Assembly (NCBI RefSeq): GCF_009914755.1
Contig: NC_060948.1
Origin: the human T2T-CHM13v2.0 reference genome, Homo sapiens
Reading direction: 5' to 3' (one strand)
Length of the DNA stretch: 64,000 bases
Shown here: piece after piece, positions 39,589 to 53,736 of the stretch
Layout of the letters: each line of letters opens with the position of its first letter
Position numbering within the stretch: position 1 is the first letter of the stretch
Translations under genes and position numbers: made by a program
The notes under the pieces: generated by a model
What the model saw: only the letters and a program-made list of their open reading frames with translations
Databases searched by the model: none
What the model was told of the DNA's origin: nothing

Positions 39589-42500
39589 GAATTCATTGGA
39601 ATGGAAGGGAATGTAGTGTAATGGACAGGCCTGGAATAAAGTGGAATGCTACGGTCTCGAATGGTATAAAAATGTATGTAATGGAATGCAATGAAACGGA
39701 ATCGAATGTCATAGAATGTAATGGAATGCAAAAAAATGGAATCCAAAATCATTGACTGGAAAGGCTGGGTGTCGAAAGGAATTGACTCCAATGGAATGGA
39801 ATCGAATGGAATGGAAGTGAATAGAATCGAACTAAATCGAATGGAATGGAATTGATAGGAACGGAATGGAAAGGAATGCAATGATTTGGCATGGAATGCA
39901 ATCGAATGGCATCGAATGGAATGGAATGGAATGCAATGGAATGGAATGTATTAGAATGTAATGAACTTTAATGGAATGTACTCGAATGGATTCGACTGGA
40001 ATGGAATGTTCTGGAAGTGAATGGACTCCAATGGAATGGATTCCAAAGGAATGGAATCGTACGGAATGGAATCTAATGGAATGGAATTAAATGGAAATGA
40101 ATCAAATTGAATAGCACGGAATTGAATTGAATGGAATGGAATGCAATGGAATCTAATGAAACGGAAAGGAAAGGAATGGAATGGAATGGAATGGACTGGA
40201 ATGGAAAGGAATCGAAACGAATGGAATGGAATCGAAGTGAAGAGACTGGAATGGAATGCACTGGAATGGAAGGGAGTGTAATGGAAGGTTCTCGAAAAAA
40301 ATGGAATCGAATGGAATGGAATTGAATGGAACGGAATAGAGTCGAATGGAATTGAATGGAATGGAATGGACTAGAGTGAAATGGAATCGAACCACAAGGA
40401 ATGGACAGGAATAGAATGGTCTCGAATTGAATGGAATCGTATGGAATGGCATCAAACGGAATGGAATGGACAGCCACGGAATGGAATGCACTCGAATGCA
40501 ATGGAGTCGAAACTAATGGACTGGAATAGAATGGACTCGACTGGTACGGACTCCAATGGAATGGAATCGAATGGAAGGGAATCGAACGGAATGGACTCGA
40601 AGGGAAAAGACTGCAATGGAAAGGTCTCGAATGGAATGGAAATTAATGGAATGGAATGGAATCGAATGAAATGGAGTCAAAAGGAATGGAATCGAATGGC
40701 AAGAAATCGAATGTAATGGAATCGCAAGGAATTGATGTGAACGGAATGGAATGGAATGGAATCCAAAGGAATGGAATAGAATGGAATGGAATCGAATGGA
40801 AAAGACTCGAATGGAAATCACTCGAATAGAATGCAATTTAATAAAATAGGATCAAATGTAATGGAATGGAATGGAAAGCAATCGAAACGAAAGGAATGGA
40901 GACAGATGGAATGGAATAGAACAGAGAGCAATGGTATAGAATGGAATGGAATCATCTGGAATGGAATTGAATGGAATGGAATAATATGAAATGGAATGGA
41001 ATGGAATGGAATGGAATGCCCTTGAATTAAATGGACTGGAATGGAATGGACTCGAACAGAGTGGAATGGAAAGTGTTGAGATAGAATGGAATGGACTCCT
41101 TTGGAATGGTGTAGTATGCAATACAATCGACTGGCAGGGAATCAAAAGGAATGTAATCGAATGGATTGGACTGGAATGCAATGGACTCGAATAGATTGCA
41201 AATGGAATACAAAGGAATGGAATGGAATAGTATGGAATGGAATGGAAAGGAATGGAGTGGAATAGACTAGAGTGGAATGGAATGGACTGGAAAGCAATGG
41301 ACTGGAATGGAACTTTCTTGAATGGACTGGAATCAAACGGAATGGAATGCAATGCAATCAAATGGCATGGAATAAAATAGAATGAAAGAGAATCAAATGG
41401 AATTGAATCGAATGGAATCGAATGGATTGGAAAGAATAGAATGGAATGGAATGGAATGGACTAGAATGGAATGGATTCGAATGGAAGGCAAAGGAATGGA
41501 ATCTATTGGAATGGACTGTAATGGAATGGAATGGAAGGGATTGGAATGGACTCGAATGGAATTGACTGCAATAGAAAGGATTCGAATGGAATGAAAAAGA
41601 ATTGAATGGAATAGAACAGAATGGAATCAAATCGAATGAAATGGAATGGAATAGAAAGGAATGGAATGAAATGGAATGGAAAGGATTCGAATGGAATGCA
41701 ATCGAATGGAATGGAATCGAACGGAATGGAATAAAATGGAAGAAAACTGGCAAGAAATGGAATCGAAATGAATGGAGTGTTATGGAACGGACTCAAAAGG
41801 AATTGAATGTAATAGAATGGAGTGGAGTGGACTCGAATATAATGGACTGGAATGGAATGAAATCACATGGAATGGGAACGAATGGAATGGAATGGAAAGG
41901 AATGGAATGGAATGGAAAGGAATCGAATGGAAGGGAATGAAATTGAATCAACAGGAATGGAAGGGAATAGAATAGACGGTAATGGAATGGACTCGAATAG
42001 AATGGACACGAATGCTCAAATTGAATGGACTCGAAAGGAATGGAAAGGAAAGGAATGTCATCGAATGGAATTGAATCGATTGGAATGAAATCGCATAGAA
42101 TGGAGTGGAATCAAATGGAATTGAATCGAAAGGAAAGGAAGCGAATGGACTGAAATGAAATGGAATGGAATTGAATGGAAAGTAATGCAATGGAATAGAA
42201 TGGAACGAAATTTCACGGAATGGAATCAAACTGAATGGAATCAAATCAATGGAATCTAATCAAATGGAATGGAAAGGAATTGAATGGAGTAGATTGGATT
42301 GGATGGGATTGGAATGAAATGTACTGGAAAGGACTCGAATTTCATGAAACGGAATGGAATGAATTGGAACGGAATGGACTCGAATGGAATGGAATGTCAT
42401 CGAATGGCATCAAATGGAATGACATCAAATGGAATGGAATCGAATGCAATGGAATGCTATGGAATGGAATGGAATGCATTGGAATGGAATGTCCTCTAAT

Positions 42501-43121
42501 GGAATGGATTCGAGTGGAATGGAATCGAATATAATGGAGTCGAATGAAATGGAATTGAAAAGAATGGGATCGAATACAATGGAATATACTGGAATGTAAT
42601 GTAATGAACTCGAATGTAATTGACTGGAATGGAATGTACATGAATGGAATGTAATCGAATGAAAAGTAATCCAATGGAATAGAATGTAATGCAATAAAAT
42701 CGACTCAGATAGAGTAGAATGTAATGGAATGGAGTTCAGTGCAATGGAATGGAATGGAATGGAATGCAATGGAATGGAATGGAATGGAATGGAATGGGAT
42801 GGAATGGTATGGAATGGATAGTAATGGACTGGAGTGAAATGGACTGGAATGGAATGGACTCAAATTGAAAGGGCTCGAAAGGAATGGAGACAAATGGAAT
42901 GGTCTGGAATGGAATGAACACGAATGTAATGCAATCCAATAGAATGGAGTCGAATGGCATGGAATATAAAGAAATGGAATCGAAGAGAATGGAAACAAAT
43001 GGAATGGAATTGAATGGAATGGAATTGAATGGAATGGGAACGAATGGAGTGAAATTGTATGCAGTAGAAGAGAATAGAATGGAATGCAAGCGAAAGGAAA
43101 GGAATGGATTGGAATGGAATG
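39589..43121 (+). repeat. Unit 12, subtype C, 3533 bp
   Basis: GAATTC at 39589 and 43122. C markers. The tail carries aaatcgcata, gaatgacatc and ggagttcagt. Confidence 0.9.
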
Positions 43122-46100
43122 GAATTCATTGGAATGGAAGGGAATGTAGTGTAATGGACAGGCCTGGAATAAAGTGGAATGCTACGGTCTCGAATGGTAT
43201 AAAAATGTATGGAATGGAATGCAATGAAACGGAATCGAATGTCATAGAATGTAATGGAATGCAAAAAAATGGAATCCAAAATCATTGACTGGAAAGGCTG
43301 GGTGTCGAAAGGAATTGACTCCAATGGAATGGAATCGAATGGAATGGAAGTGAATAGAATCGAACTAAATCGAATGGAATGGAATTGATAGGAACGGAAT
43401 GGAAAGGAATGCAATGATTTGGCATGGAATGCAATCGAATGGCATCGAATGGAATGGAATGGAATGCAATGGAATGGAATGTATTAGAATGTAATGAACT
43501 TTAATGGAATGTACTCGAATGGATTCGACTGGAATGGAATGTTCTGGAAGTGAATGGACTCCAATGGAATGGATTCCAAAGGAATGGAATCGTACGGAAT
43601 GGAATCTAATGGAATGGAATTAAATGGAAATGAATCAAATTGAATAGCACGGAATTGAATTGAATGGAATGGAATGCAATGGAATCTAATGAAACGGAAA
43701 GGAAAGGAATGGAATGGAATGGAATGGGCTGGAATGGAAAGGAATCGAAACGAATGGAATGGAATCGAACTGAAGAGACTGGAATGGAATGCACTGGAAT
43801 GGAAGGGGGTGTAATGGAAGGTTCTCGAAAAAAATGGAATCGAATGGAATGGAATTGAATGGAACGGAATAGAGTCGAATGGAATTGAATGGAATGGAAT
43901 GGACTAGAGTGAAATGGAATCGAACCACAAGGAATGGACAGGAATAGAATGGTCTCGAATTGAATGGAATCATATGGAATGGCATCAAACGGAATGGAAT
44001 GGACAGCCACGGAAAGGAATGCACTCGAATGCAATGGAGTCGAAACTAATGGACTGGAATAGAATGGACTCGACTGGTACGGACTCAAATGGAATGGAAT
44101 CGAATGGAAGGGAATCGAACGGAATGGACTCGAAGGGAAAAGACTGCAATGGAAAGGTCTCGAATGGAATGGAAATTAATGGAATGGAATGGAATCGAAA
44201 GAAATGGAGTCAAAAGGAATGGAATCGAATGGCAAGAAATCGAATGTAATGGAATCGCAAGGAATTGATGTGAACGGAATGGAATGGAATGGAATCCAAA
44301 GGAATGGAATAGAATGGAATGGAATCGAATGGAAAAGACTCGAATGGAAATCACTCGAATAGAATGCAATTTAATAAAATAGGATCAAATGTAATGGAAT
44401 GGAATGGAAAGCAATCGAAACGAAAGGAATGGAGACAGATGGAATGGAATAGAACAGAGAGCAATGGTATAGAATGGAATGGAATCATCTGGAATGGAAT
44501 TGAATGGAATGGAATAATATGAAATGGAATGGAATGGAATGGAATGGAATGCCCTTGAATTAAATGGACTGGAATGGAATGGACTCGAACAGAGTGGAAT
44601 GGAAAGTGTTGAGATAGAATGGAATGGACTCCTTTGGAATGGTGTAGTATGCAATACAATCGACTGGCAGGGAATCAAAAGGAATGTAATCGAATGGATT
44701 GGACTGGAATGCAATGGACTCGAATAGATTGCAAACGGAATGCAAAGGAATGGAATGGAATAGTATGGAATGGAATGGAAAGGAATGGAGTGGAATAGAC
44801 TAGAGTGGAATGGAATGGACTGGAAAGCAATGGACTGGAATGGAACTTTCTTGAATGGACTGGAATCAAACGGAATGGAATGCAATGCAATCAAATGGCA
44901 TGGAATAAAATAGAATGAAAGAGAATCAAATGGAATTGAATCGAATGGAATCGAATGGATTGGAAAGAATAGAATGGAATGGAATGGAATGGACTAGAAT
45001 GGAATGGATTCGAATGGAAGGCAAAGGAATGGAATCTATTGGAATGGACTGTAATGGAATGGAATGGAAGGGATTGGAATGGACTCGAATGGAATTGACT
45101 GCAATAGAAAGGATTCGAATGGAATGAAAAAGAATTGAATGGAATAGAACAGAATGGAATCAAATCGAATGAAATGGAATGGAATAGAAAGGAATGGAAT
45201 GAAATGGAATGGAAAGGATTCGAATGGAATGCAATCGAATGGAATGGAATCGAACGGAATGGAATAAAATGGAAGAAAACTGGCAAGAAATGGAATCGAA
45301 AGGAATGGAGTGTTATGGAACGGACTCAAAAGGAATTGAATGTAATAGAATGGAGTGGAGTGGACTCGAATATAATGGACTGGAATGGAATGAAATCACA
45401 TGGAATGGGAACGAATGGAATGGAATGGAAAGGAATGGAATGGAATGGAAAGGAATCGAATGGAAGGGAATGAAATTGAATCAACAGGAATGGAAGGGAA
45501 TAGAATAGACGGTAATGGAATGGACTCGAATAGAATGGACACGAATGCTCAAATTGAATGGACTCGAAAGGAATGGAAAGGAAAGGAATGTCATCGAATG
45601 GAATTGAATCGATTGGAATGAAATGGCATAGAATGGAGTGGAATCAAATGGAATTGAATCGAAAGGAAAGGAAGCGAATGGACTGAAATGAAATGGAATG
45701 GAATTGAATGGAAAGTAATGCAATGGAATAGAATGGAACGAAATTTCACGGAATGGAATCAAACTGAATGGAATCAAATCAATGGAATCTAATCAAATGG
45801 AATGGAAAGGAATTGAATGGAGTAGATTGGATTGGATGGGATTGGAATGAAATGTACTGGAAAGGACTCGAATTTCATGAAACGGAATGGAATGAATTGG
45901 AACGGAATGGACTCGAATGGAATGGAATGTCATCGAATGGCATCAAATGGAATGGCATCAAATGGAATGGAATCGAATGCAATGGAATGCTATGGAATGG
46001 AATGGAATGCATTGGAATGGAATGTCCTCTAATGGAATGGATTCGAGTGGAATGGAATCGAATATAATGGAGTCGAATGAAATGGAATTGAAAAGAATGG

Positions 46101-46654
46101 GATCGAATACAATGGAATATACTGGAATGTAATGTAATGAACTCGAATGTAATTGACTGGAATGGAATGTACATGAATGGAATGTAATCGAATGGAAAGT
46201 AATCCAATGGAATAGAATGTAATGCAATAAAATCGACTCAGATAGAGTAGAATGTAATGGAATGGAGTGCAGTGCAATGGAATGGAATGGAATGGAATGC
46301 AATGGAATGGAATGGAATGGAATGGAATGGGATGGAATGGTATGGAATGGATAGTAATGGACTGGAGTGAAATGGACTGGAATGGAATGGACTCAAATTG
46401 AAAGGGCTCGAAAGGAATGGAGACAAATGGAATGGTCTGGAATGGAATGAACACGAATGTAATGCAATCCAATAGAATGGAGTCGAATGGCATGGAATAT
46501 AAAGAAATGGAATCGAAGAGAATGGAAACAAATGGAATGGAATTGAATGGAATGGAATTGAATGGAATGGGAACGAATGGAGTGAAATTGTATGCAGTAG
46601 AAGAGAATAGAATGGAATGCAAGCGAAAGGAAAGGAATGGATTGGAATGGAATG
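43122..46654 (+). repeat. Unit 13, subtype C, 3533 bp
   Basis: GAATTC at 43122 and 46655. C markers. ggaagggggt at 43801 is shared with unit 7. Confidence 0.9.
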
Positions 46655-49600
46655 GAATTCATTGGAATGGAAGGGAATGTAGTGTAATGGACAGGCCTGG
46701 AATAAAGTGGAATGCTACGGTCTCGAATGGTATAAAAATGTATGGAATGGAATGCAATGAAACGGAATCGAATGTCATAGAATGTAATGGAATGCAAAAA
46801 AATGGAATCCAAAATCATTGACTGGAAAGGCTGGGTGTCGAAAGGAATTGACTCCAATGGAATGGAATCGAATGGAATGGAAGTGAATAGAATCGAACTA
46901 AATCGAATGGAATGGAATTGATAGGAACGGAATGGAAAGGAATGCAATGATTTGGCATGGAATGGAATCGAATGGCATCGAATGGAATGGAATGGAATGC
47001 AATGGAATGGAATGTATTAGAATGTAATGAACTTTAATGGAATGTACTCGAATGGATTCGACTGGAATGGAATGTTCTGGAAGTGAATGGACTCCAATGG
47101 AATGGATTCCAAAGGAATGGAATCGTACGGAATGGAATCTAATGGAATGGAATTAAATGGAAATGAATCAAATTGAATAGCACGGAATTGAATTGAATGG
47201 AATGGAATGCAATGGAATCTAATGAAACGGAAAGGAAAGGAATGGAATGGAATGGAATGGGCTGGAATGGAAAGGAATCGAAACGAATGGAATGGAATCG
47301 AACTGAAGAGACTGGAATGGAATGCACTGGAATGGAAGGGAGTGTAATGGAAGGTTCTCGAAAAAAATGCAATCGAATGGAATGGAATTGAATGGAACGG
47401 AATAGAGTCGAATGGAATTGAATGGAATGGAATGGACTAGAGTGAAATGGAATCGAACCACAAGGAATGGACAGGAATAGAATGGTCTCGAATTGAATGG
47501 AATCGTATGGAATGGCATCAAACGGAATGGAATGGACAGCCACGGAATGGAATGCACTCGAATGCAATGGAGTCGAAACTAATGGACTGGAATAGAATGG
47601 ACTCGACTGGTACGGACTCCAATGGAATGGAATCGAATGGAAGGGAATCGAACGGAATGGACTCGAAGGGAAAAGACTGCAATGGAAAGGTCTCGAATGG
47701 AATGGAAATTAATTGAATGGAATGGAATCGAATGAAATGGAGTCAAAAGGAATGGAATCGAATGGCAAGAAATCGAATGTAATGGAATCGCAAGGAATTG
47801 ATGTGAACGGAACGGAATGGAATGGAATCCAAAGGAATGGAATAGAATGGAATGGAATCGAATGGAAAGGACTCGAATGGAAATCACTCGAATAGAATGC
47901 AATTTAATAAAATAGGATCAAATGTAATGGAATGGAATGGAAAGGAATCGAAACGAAAGGAATGGAGACAGATGGAATGGAATGGAACAGAGAGCAATGG
48001 TATAGAATGGAATGGAATCATCTGGAATGGAATTGAATGGAATGGAATAATATGAAATGGAATGGAATGGAATGGAATGGAATGCCCTTGAATTAAATGG
48101 ACCGGACTCGAACAGAGTGGAATGGAAAGTGTTGAGATAGAATGGAATGGACTCCTTTGGAATGGTGTAGTATGCAATGCAATCGACTGGCAGGGAATCA
48201 AAAGGAATGTAATGGAATGGATTGGACTGGAATGCAATGGACTCGAATAGATTGGAAACGGAATGCAAAGGAATAGAATGGAATAGTATGGAATGGAATG
48301 GAAAGGAATGGAGTGGAATAGACTAGAGTGGAATGGAATGGACTGGAAAGCAATGGACTGGAATGGAACTTTCTTGAATGGACTGGAATCAAACGGAATG
48401 GAATGCAATGCAATCAAATGGCATGGAATAAAATAGAATGAAAGAGAATCAAATGGAATTGAATCGAATGGAATCGAATGGATTGGAAAGGAATAGAATG
48501 GAATGGAATGGAATTGACTCAAATGGAATGGACTAGAATGGAATGGATTCGAATGGAAGGCAAAGGAATGGAATCTATTGGAATGGACTGTAATGGAATG
48601 GAATGGAAGGGATTGGAATGGACTCAAATGGAATGGACTGCAATAGAAAGGACTCGAATGGAATGAAAAAGAATTGAATGGAATAGAACAGAATGGAATC
48701 AAATCGAATGAAATGGAATGGAATAGAAAGGAATGGAATGAAATGGAATGGAAAGGATTCGAATGGAATGCAATCGAATGGAATGGAATCGAACGGAATG
48801 GAATAAAATGGAAGAAAACTGGCAAGAAATGGAATCGAAAGGAATGGAGTGTTATGGAACGGACTCAAAAGGAATTGAATGTAATAGAATGGAGTGGAGT
48901 GGACTCGAATATAATGGACTGGAATGGAATGAAATCACATGGAATGGGAACGAATGGAATGGAATGGAAAGGAATGGAATGGAATGGAAAGGAATCGAAT
49001 GGAAGGGAATGAAATTGAATCAACAGGAATGGAAGGGAATAGAATAGACGGTAATGGAATGGACTCGAATAGAATGGACACGAATGCTCAAATTGAATGG
49101 ACTCGAATGGAATGGAAACGAAAGGAATGTCATCGAATGGAATTGAATCGATTGGAATGAAATGGCATAGAATGGAGTGGAATCAAATGGAATTGAATCG
49201 AAAGGAAAGGAAGCGAATGGACTGAAATGAAATGGAATGGAATTGAATGGAAAGTAATGCAATGGAATAGAATGGAACGAAATTTCACGGAATGGAATCA
49301 AACTGAATGGAATCAAATCAATGGAATCTAATCAAATGGAATGGAAAGGAATTGAATGGAATAGATTGGATTGGATGGGATTGGAATGAAATGTACTGGA
49401 AAGGACTCGAATTTCATGAAACGGAATGGAATGAATTGGAACGGAGTGGACTCGAATGGAATGGAATGTCATGGAATGGCATCAAATGGAATGGCATCAA
49501 ATGGAATGGAATCGAATGCAATAGAATGCTATGGAATGGAATGGAATGCATTGGAATGGAATGTCCTCTAATGGAATGGATTCGAGTGGAATGGAATCGA

Positions 49601-50203
49601 ATATAATGGAGTCGAATGAAATGGAATTGAAAGGAATGGGATCGAATACAATGGAATATACTGGAATGTAATGTAATGAACTCGAATGTAATTGACTGGA
49701 ATGGAATGTACATGAATGGAATGTAATCGAATGGAAAGTAATCCAATGGAATAGAATCTAATGCAATAAAATCGACTCAGATAGAGTAGAATGTAATGGA
49801 ATGGAGTGCAGTGCAATGCAATTGAATGGAATGGAATGCAATGGAATGGAATGGAATGGAATGGAATGGAATGGAATGGAATGGAATGGAATGGGATGGA
49901 ATGGTATGGAATGGATAGTAATGGACTGGAGTGAAATGGACTGGAAAGGAATGGACTCAAATTGAAAGGGCTCGAAAGGAATGGAGTCAAATGGAATGGT
50001 CTGGAATGGAATGAACACGAATGTAATGCAATCCAATAGAATGGAATCGAATGGCATGGAATATAAAGAAATGGAATCGAAGAGAATGGAAACAAATGGA
50101 ATGGAATTGAATGGAATGGGAACGAATGGAGTGAAATTGTATGCAGTAGAAGAGAATAGAATGGAATGCAAGCGAAAGGAAAGGAATGGATTGGAATGGA
50201 ATG
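46655..50203 (+). repeat. Unit 14, subtype B with long-tract tail, 3549 bp
   Basis: GAATTC at 46655 and 50204. ggaccgg near 48100, (GGAAT)10 at 49843-49892, 15 bp deletion. Confidence 0.9.
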
Positions 50204-53200
50204 GAATTCATTGGAATGGAAGGGAATGTAGTGTAATGGACAGGCCTGGAATAAAGTGGAATGCTACGGTCTCGAATGGAATAAAAATGTATGGAATGGA
50301 ATGCAATGAAACGGAATCGAATGTCATAGAATGTAATGGAATGCAAAAAAATGGAATCCAAAATCATTGACTGGAAAGGCTGGGTGTCGAAAGGAATTGA
50401 CTCCAATGGAATGGAATCGAATGGAATGGAAGTGAATAGAATCGAACTAAATCGAATGGAATGGAATTGATAGGAACGGAATGGAAAGGAATGCAATGAT
50501 TTGGCATGGAATGGAATCGAATGGCATCGAATGGAATGGAATGGAATGCAATGGAATGGAATGTATTAGAATGTAATGAACTTTAATGGAATGTACTCGA
50601 ATGGATTCGACTGGAATGGAATGTTCTGGAAGTGAATGGACTGCAATGGAATGGATTCAAAAGGAATGGAATCGTACGGAATGGAATCTAATGGAATGGA
50701 ATTAAATGGAAATGAATCAAATTGAATAGCACGGAATTGAATTGAATGGAATGGAATGCAATGGAATCTAGTGAAACGGAAAGGAAAGGAATGAAATGGA
50801 ATGGAATGGACTGGAATGGAAAGGAATCGAAACGAATGGAATGGAATCGAACTGAAGAGACTGGAATGGAATGCACTGGAATGGAAGGGAGTGTAATGGA
50901 AGGTTCTCGAAAAAAATGCAATCGAATGGAATGGAATTGAATGGAACGGAATAGAGTCGAATGGAATTGAATGGAATGGAATGGACTAGAGTGAAATGGA
51001 ATCGAACCACAAGGAATGGACAGGAATAGAATGGTCTCGAATTGAATGGAATCGTATGGAATGGCATCAAACGGAATGGAATGGACAGCCACGGAATGGA
51101 ATGCACTCGAATGCAATGGAGTCGAAACTAATGGACTGGAATAGAATGGACTCGACTGGTACGGACTCCAATGGAATGGAATCGAATGGAAGGGAATCGA
51201 ACGGAATGGACTCGAAGGGAAAAGACTGCAATGGAAAGGTCTCGAATGGAATGGAAATTAATGGAATGGAATGGAATCGAATGAAATGGAGTCAAAAGGA
51301 ATGGAATCGAATGGCAAGAAATCGAATGTAATGGAATCGCAAGGAATTGATGTGAACGGAATGGAATGGAATGGAATCCAAAGGAATGGAATAGAATGGA
51401 ATGGAATCGAATGGAAAGGACTCGAATGGAAATCACTCGAATAGAATGCAATTTAATAAAATAGGATCAAATGTAATGGAATGGAATGGAAAGCAATCGA
51501 AACGAAAGGAATGGAGACAGATGGAATGGAATAGAACAGAGAGCAATGGTATAGAATGGAATGGAATCATCTGGAATGGAATTGAATGGAATGGAATAAT
51601 ATGAAATGGAATGGAATGGAATGGAAGGGAATGCCCTTGAATTAAATGGACTGGAATGGAATGGACTCGAACAGAGTGGAATGGAAAGTGTTGAGATAGA
51701 ATGGAATGGACTCCTTTGGAATGGTGTAGTATGCAATACAATCGACTGGCAGGGAATCAAAAGGAATGTAATCGAATGGATTGGACTGGAATGCAATGGA
51801 CTCGAATAGATTGCAAACGGAATGCAAAGGAATGGAATGGAATAGTATGGAATGGAATGGAAAGGAATGGAGTGGAATAGACTAGAGTGGAATGGAATGG
51901 ACTGGAAAGCAATGGACTGGAATGGAACTTTCTTGAATGGACTGGAATCAAACGGAATGGAATGCAATGCAATCAAATGGCATGGAATAAAATAGAATGA
52001 AAGAGAATCAAATGGAATTGAATCGAATGGAATCGAATGGATTGGAAAGAATAGAATGGAATGGAATGGAATGGACTAGAATGGAATGGATTCGAATGGA
52101 AGGCAAAGGAATGGAATCTATTGGAATGGACTGTAATGGAATGGAATGGAAGGGATTGGAATGGACTCGAATGGAATTGACTGCAATAGAAAGGATTCGA
52201 ATGGAATGAAAAAGAATTGAATGGAATAGAACAGAATGGAATCAAATCGAATGAAATGGAATGGAATAGAAAGGAATAGAATGAAATGGAATGGAAAGGA
52301 TTCGAATGGAATGCAATCGAATGGAATGGAATCGAACGGAATGGAATAAAATGGAAGAAAACTGGCAAGAAATGGAATCGAAATGAATGGAGTGTTATGG
52401 AACGGACTCAAAAGGAATTGAATGTAATAGAATGGAGTGGAGTGGACTCGAATATAATGGACTGGAATGGAATGAAATCACATGGAATGGGAACGAATGG
52501 AATGGAATGGAAAGGAATGGAATCGAATGGAAAGGAATCGAATGGAAGGGAATGAAATTGAATCAACAGGAATGGAAGGGAATAGAATAGACGGTAATGG
52601 AATGGACTCGAATAGAATGGACACGAATGCTCAAATTGAATGTACTCGAAAGGAATGGAAAGGAAAGGAATGTCATCGAATGGAATTGAATCGATTGGAA
52701 TGAAATCGCATAGAATGGAGTGGAATCAAATGGAATTGAATCGAAAGGAAAGGAAGCGAATGGACTGAAATGAAATGGAATGGAATTGAATGGAAAGTAA
52801 TGCAATGGAATAGAATGGAACGAAATTTCACGGAATGGAATCAAACTGAATGGAATCAAATCAATGGAATCTAATCAAATGGAATGGAAAGGAATTGAAT
52901 GGAGTAGATTGGATTGGATGGGATTGGAATGAAATGTACTGGAAAGGACTCGAATTTCATGAAACGGAATGGAATGAATTGGAACGGAATGGACTCGAAT
53001 GGAATGGAATGTCATCGAATGGCATCAAATGGAATGACATCAAATGGAATGGAATCGAATGCAATGGAATGCTATGGAATGGAATGGAATGCATTGGAAT
53101 GGAATGTCCTCTAATGGAATGGATTCGAGTGGAATGGAATCGAATATAATGGAGTCGAATGAAATGGAATTGAAAAGAATGGGATCGAATACAATGGAAT

Positions 53201-53736
53201 ATACTGGAATGTAATGTAATGAACTCGAATGTAATTGACTGGAATGGAATGTACATGAATGGAATGTAATCGAATGAAAAGTAATCCAATGGAATAGAAT
53301 GTAATGCAATAAAATCGACTCAGATAGAGTAGAATGTAATGGAATGGAGTTCAGTGCAATGGAATGGAATGGAATGGAATGCAATGGAATGGAATGGAAT
53401 GGAATGGAATGGGATGGAATGGTATGGAATGGATAGTAATGGACTGGAGTGAAATGGACTGGAATGGAATGGACTCAAATTGAAAGGGCTCGAAAGGAAT
53501 GGAGACAAATGGAATGGTCTGGAATGGAATGAACACGAATGTAATGCAATCCAATAGAATGGAGTCGAATGGCATGGAATATAAAGAAATGGAATCGAAG
53601 AGAATGGAAACAAATGGAATGGAATTGAATGGAATGGAATTGAATGGAATGGGAACGAATGGAGTGAAATTGTATGCAGTAGAAGAGAATAGAATGGAAT
53701 GCAAGCGAAAGGAAAGGAATGGATTGGAATGGAATG
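50204..53736 (+). repeat. Unit 15, subtype C, 3533 bp
   Basis: GAATTC at 50204 and 53737. C markers. Tail as in unit 12. Confidence 0.9.
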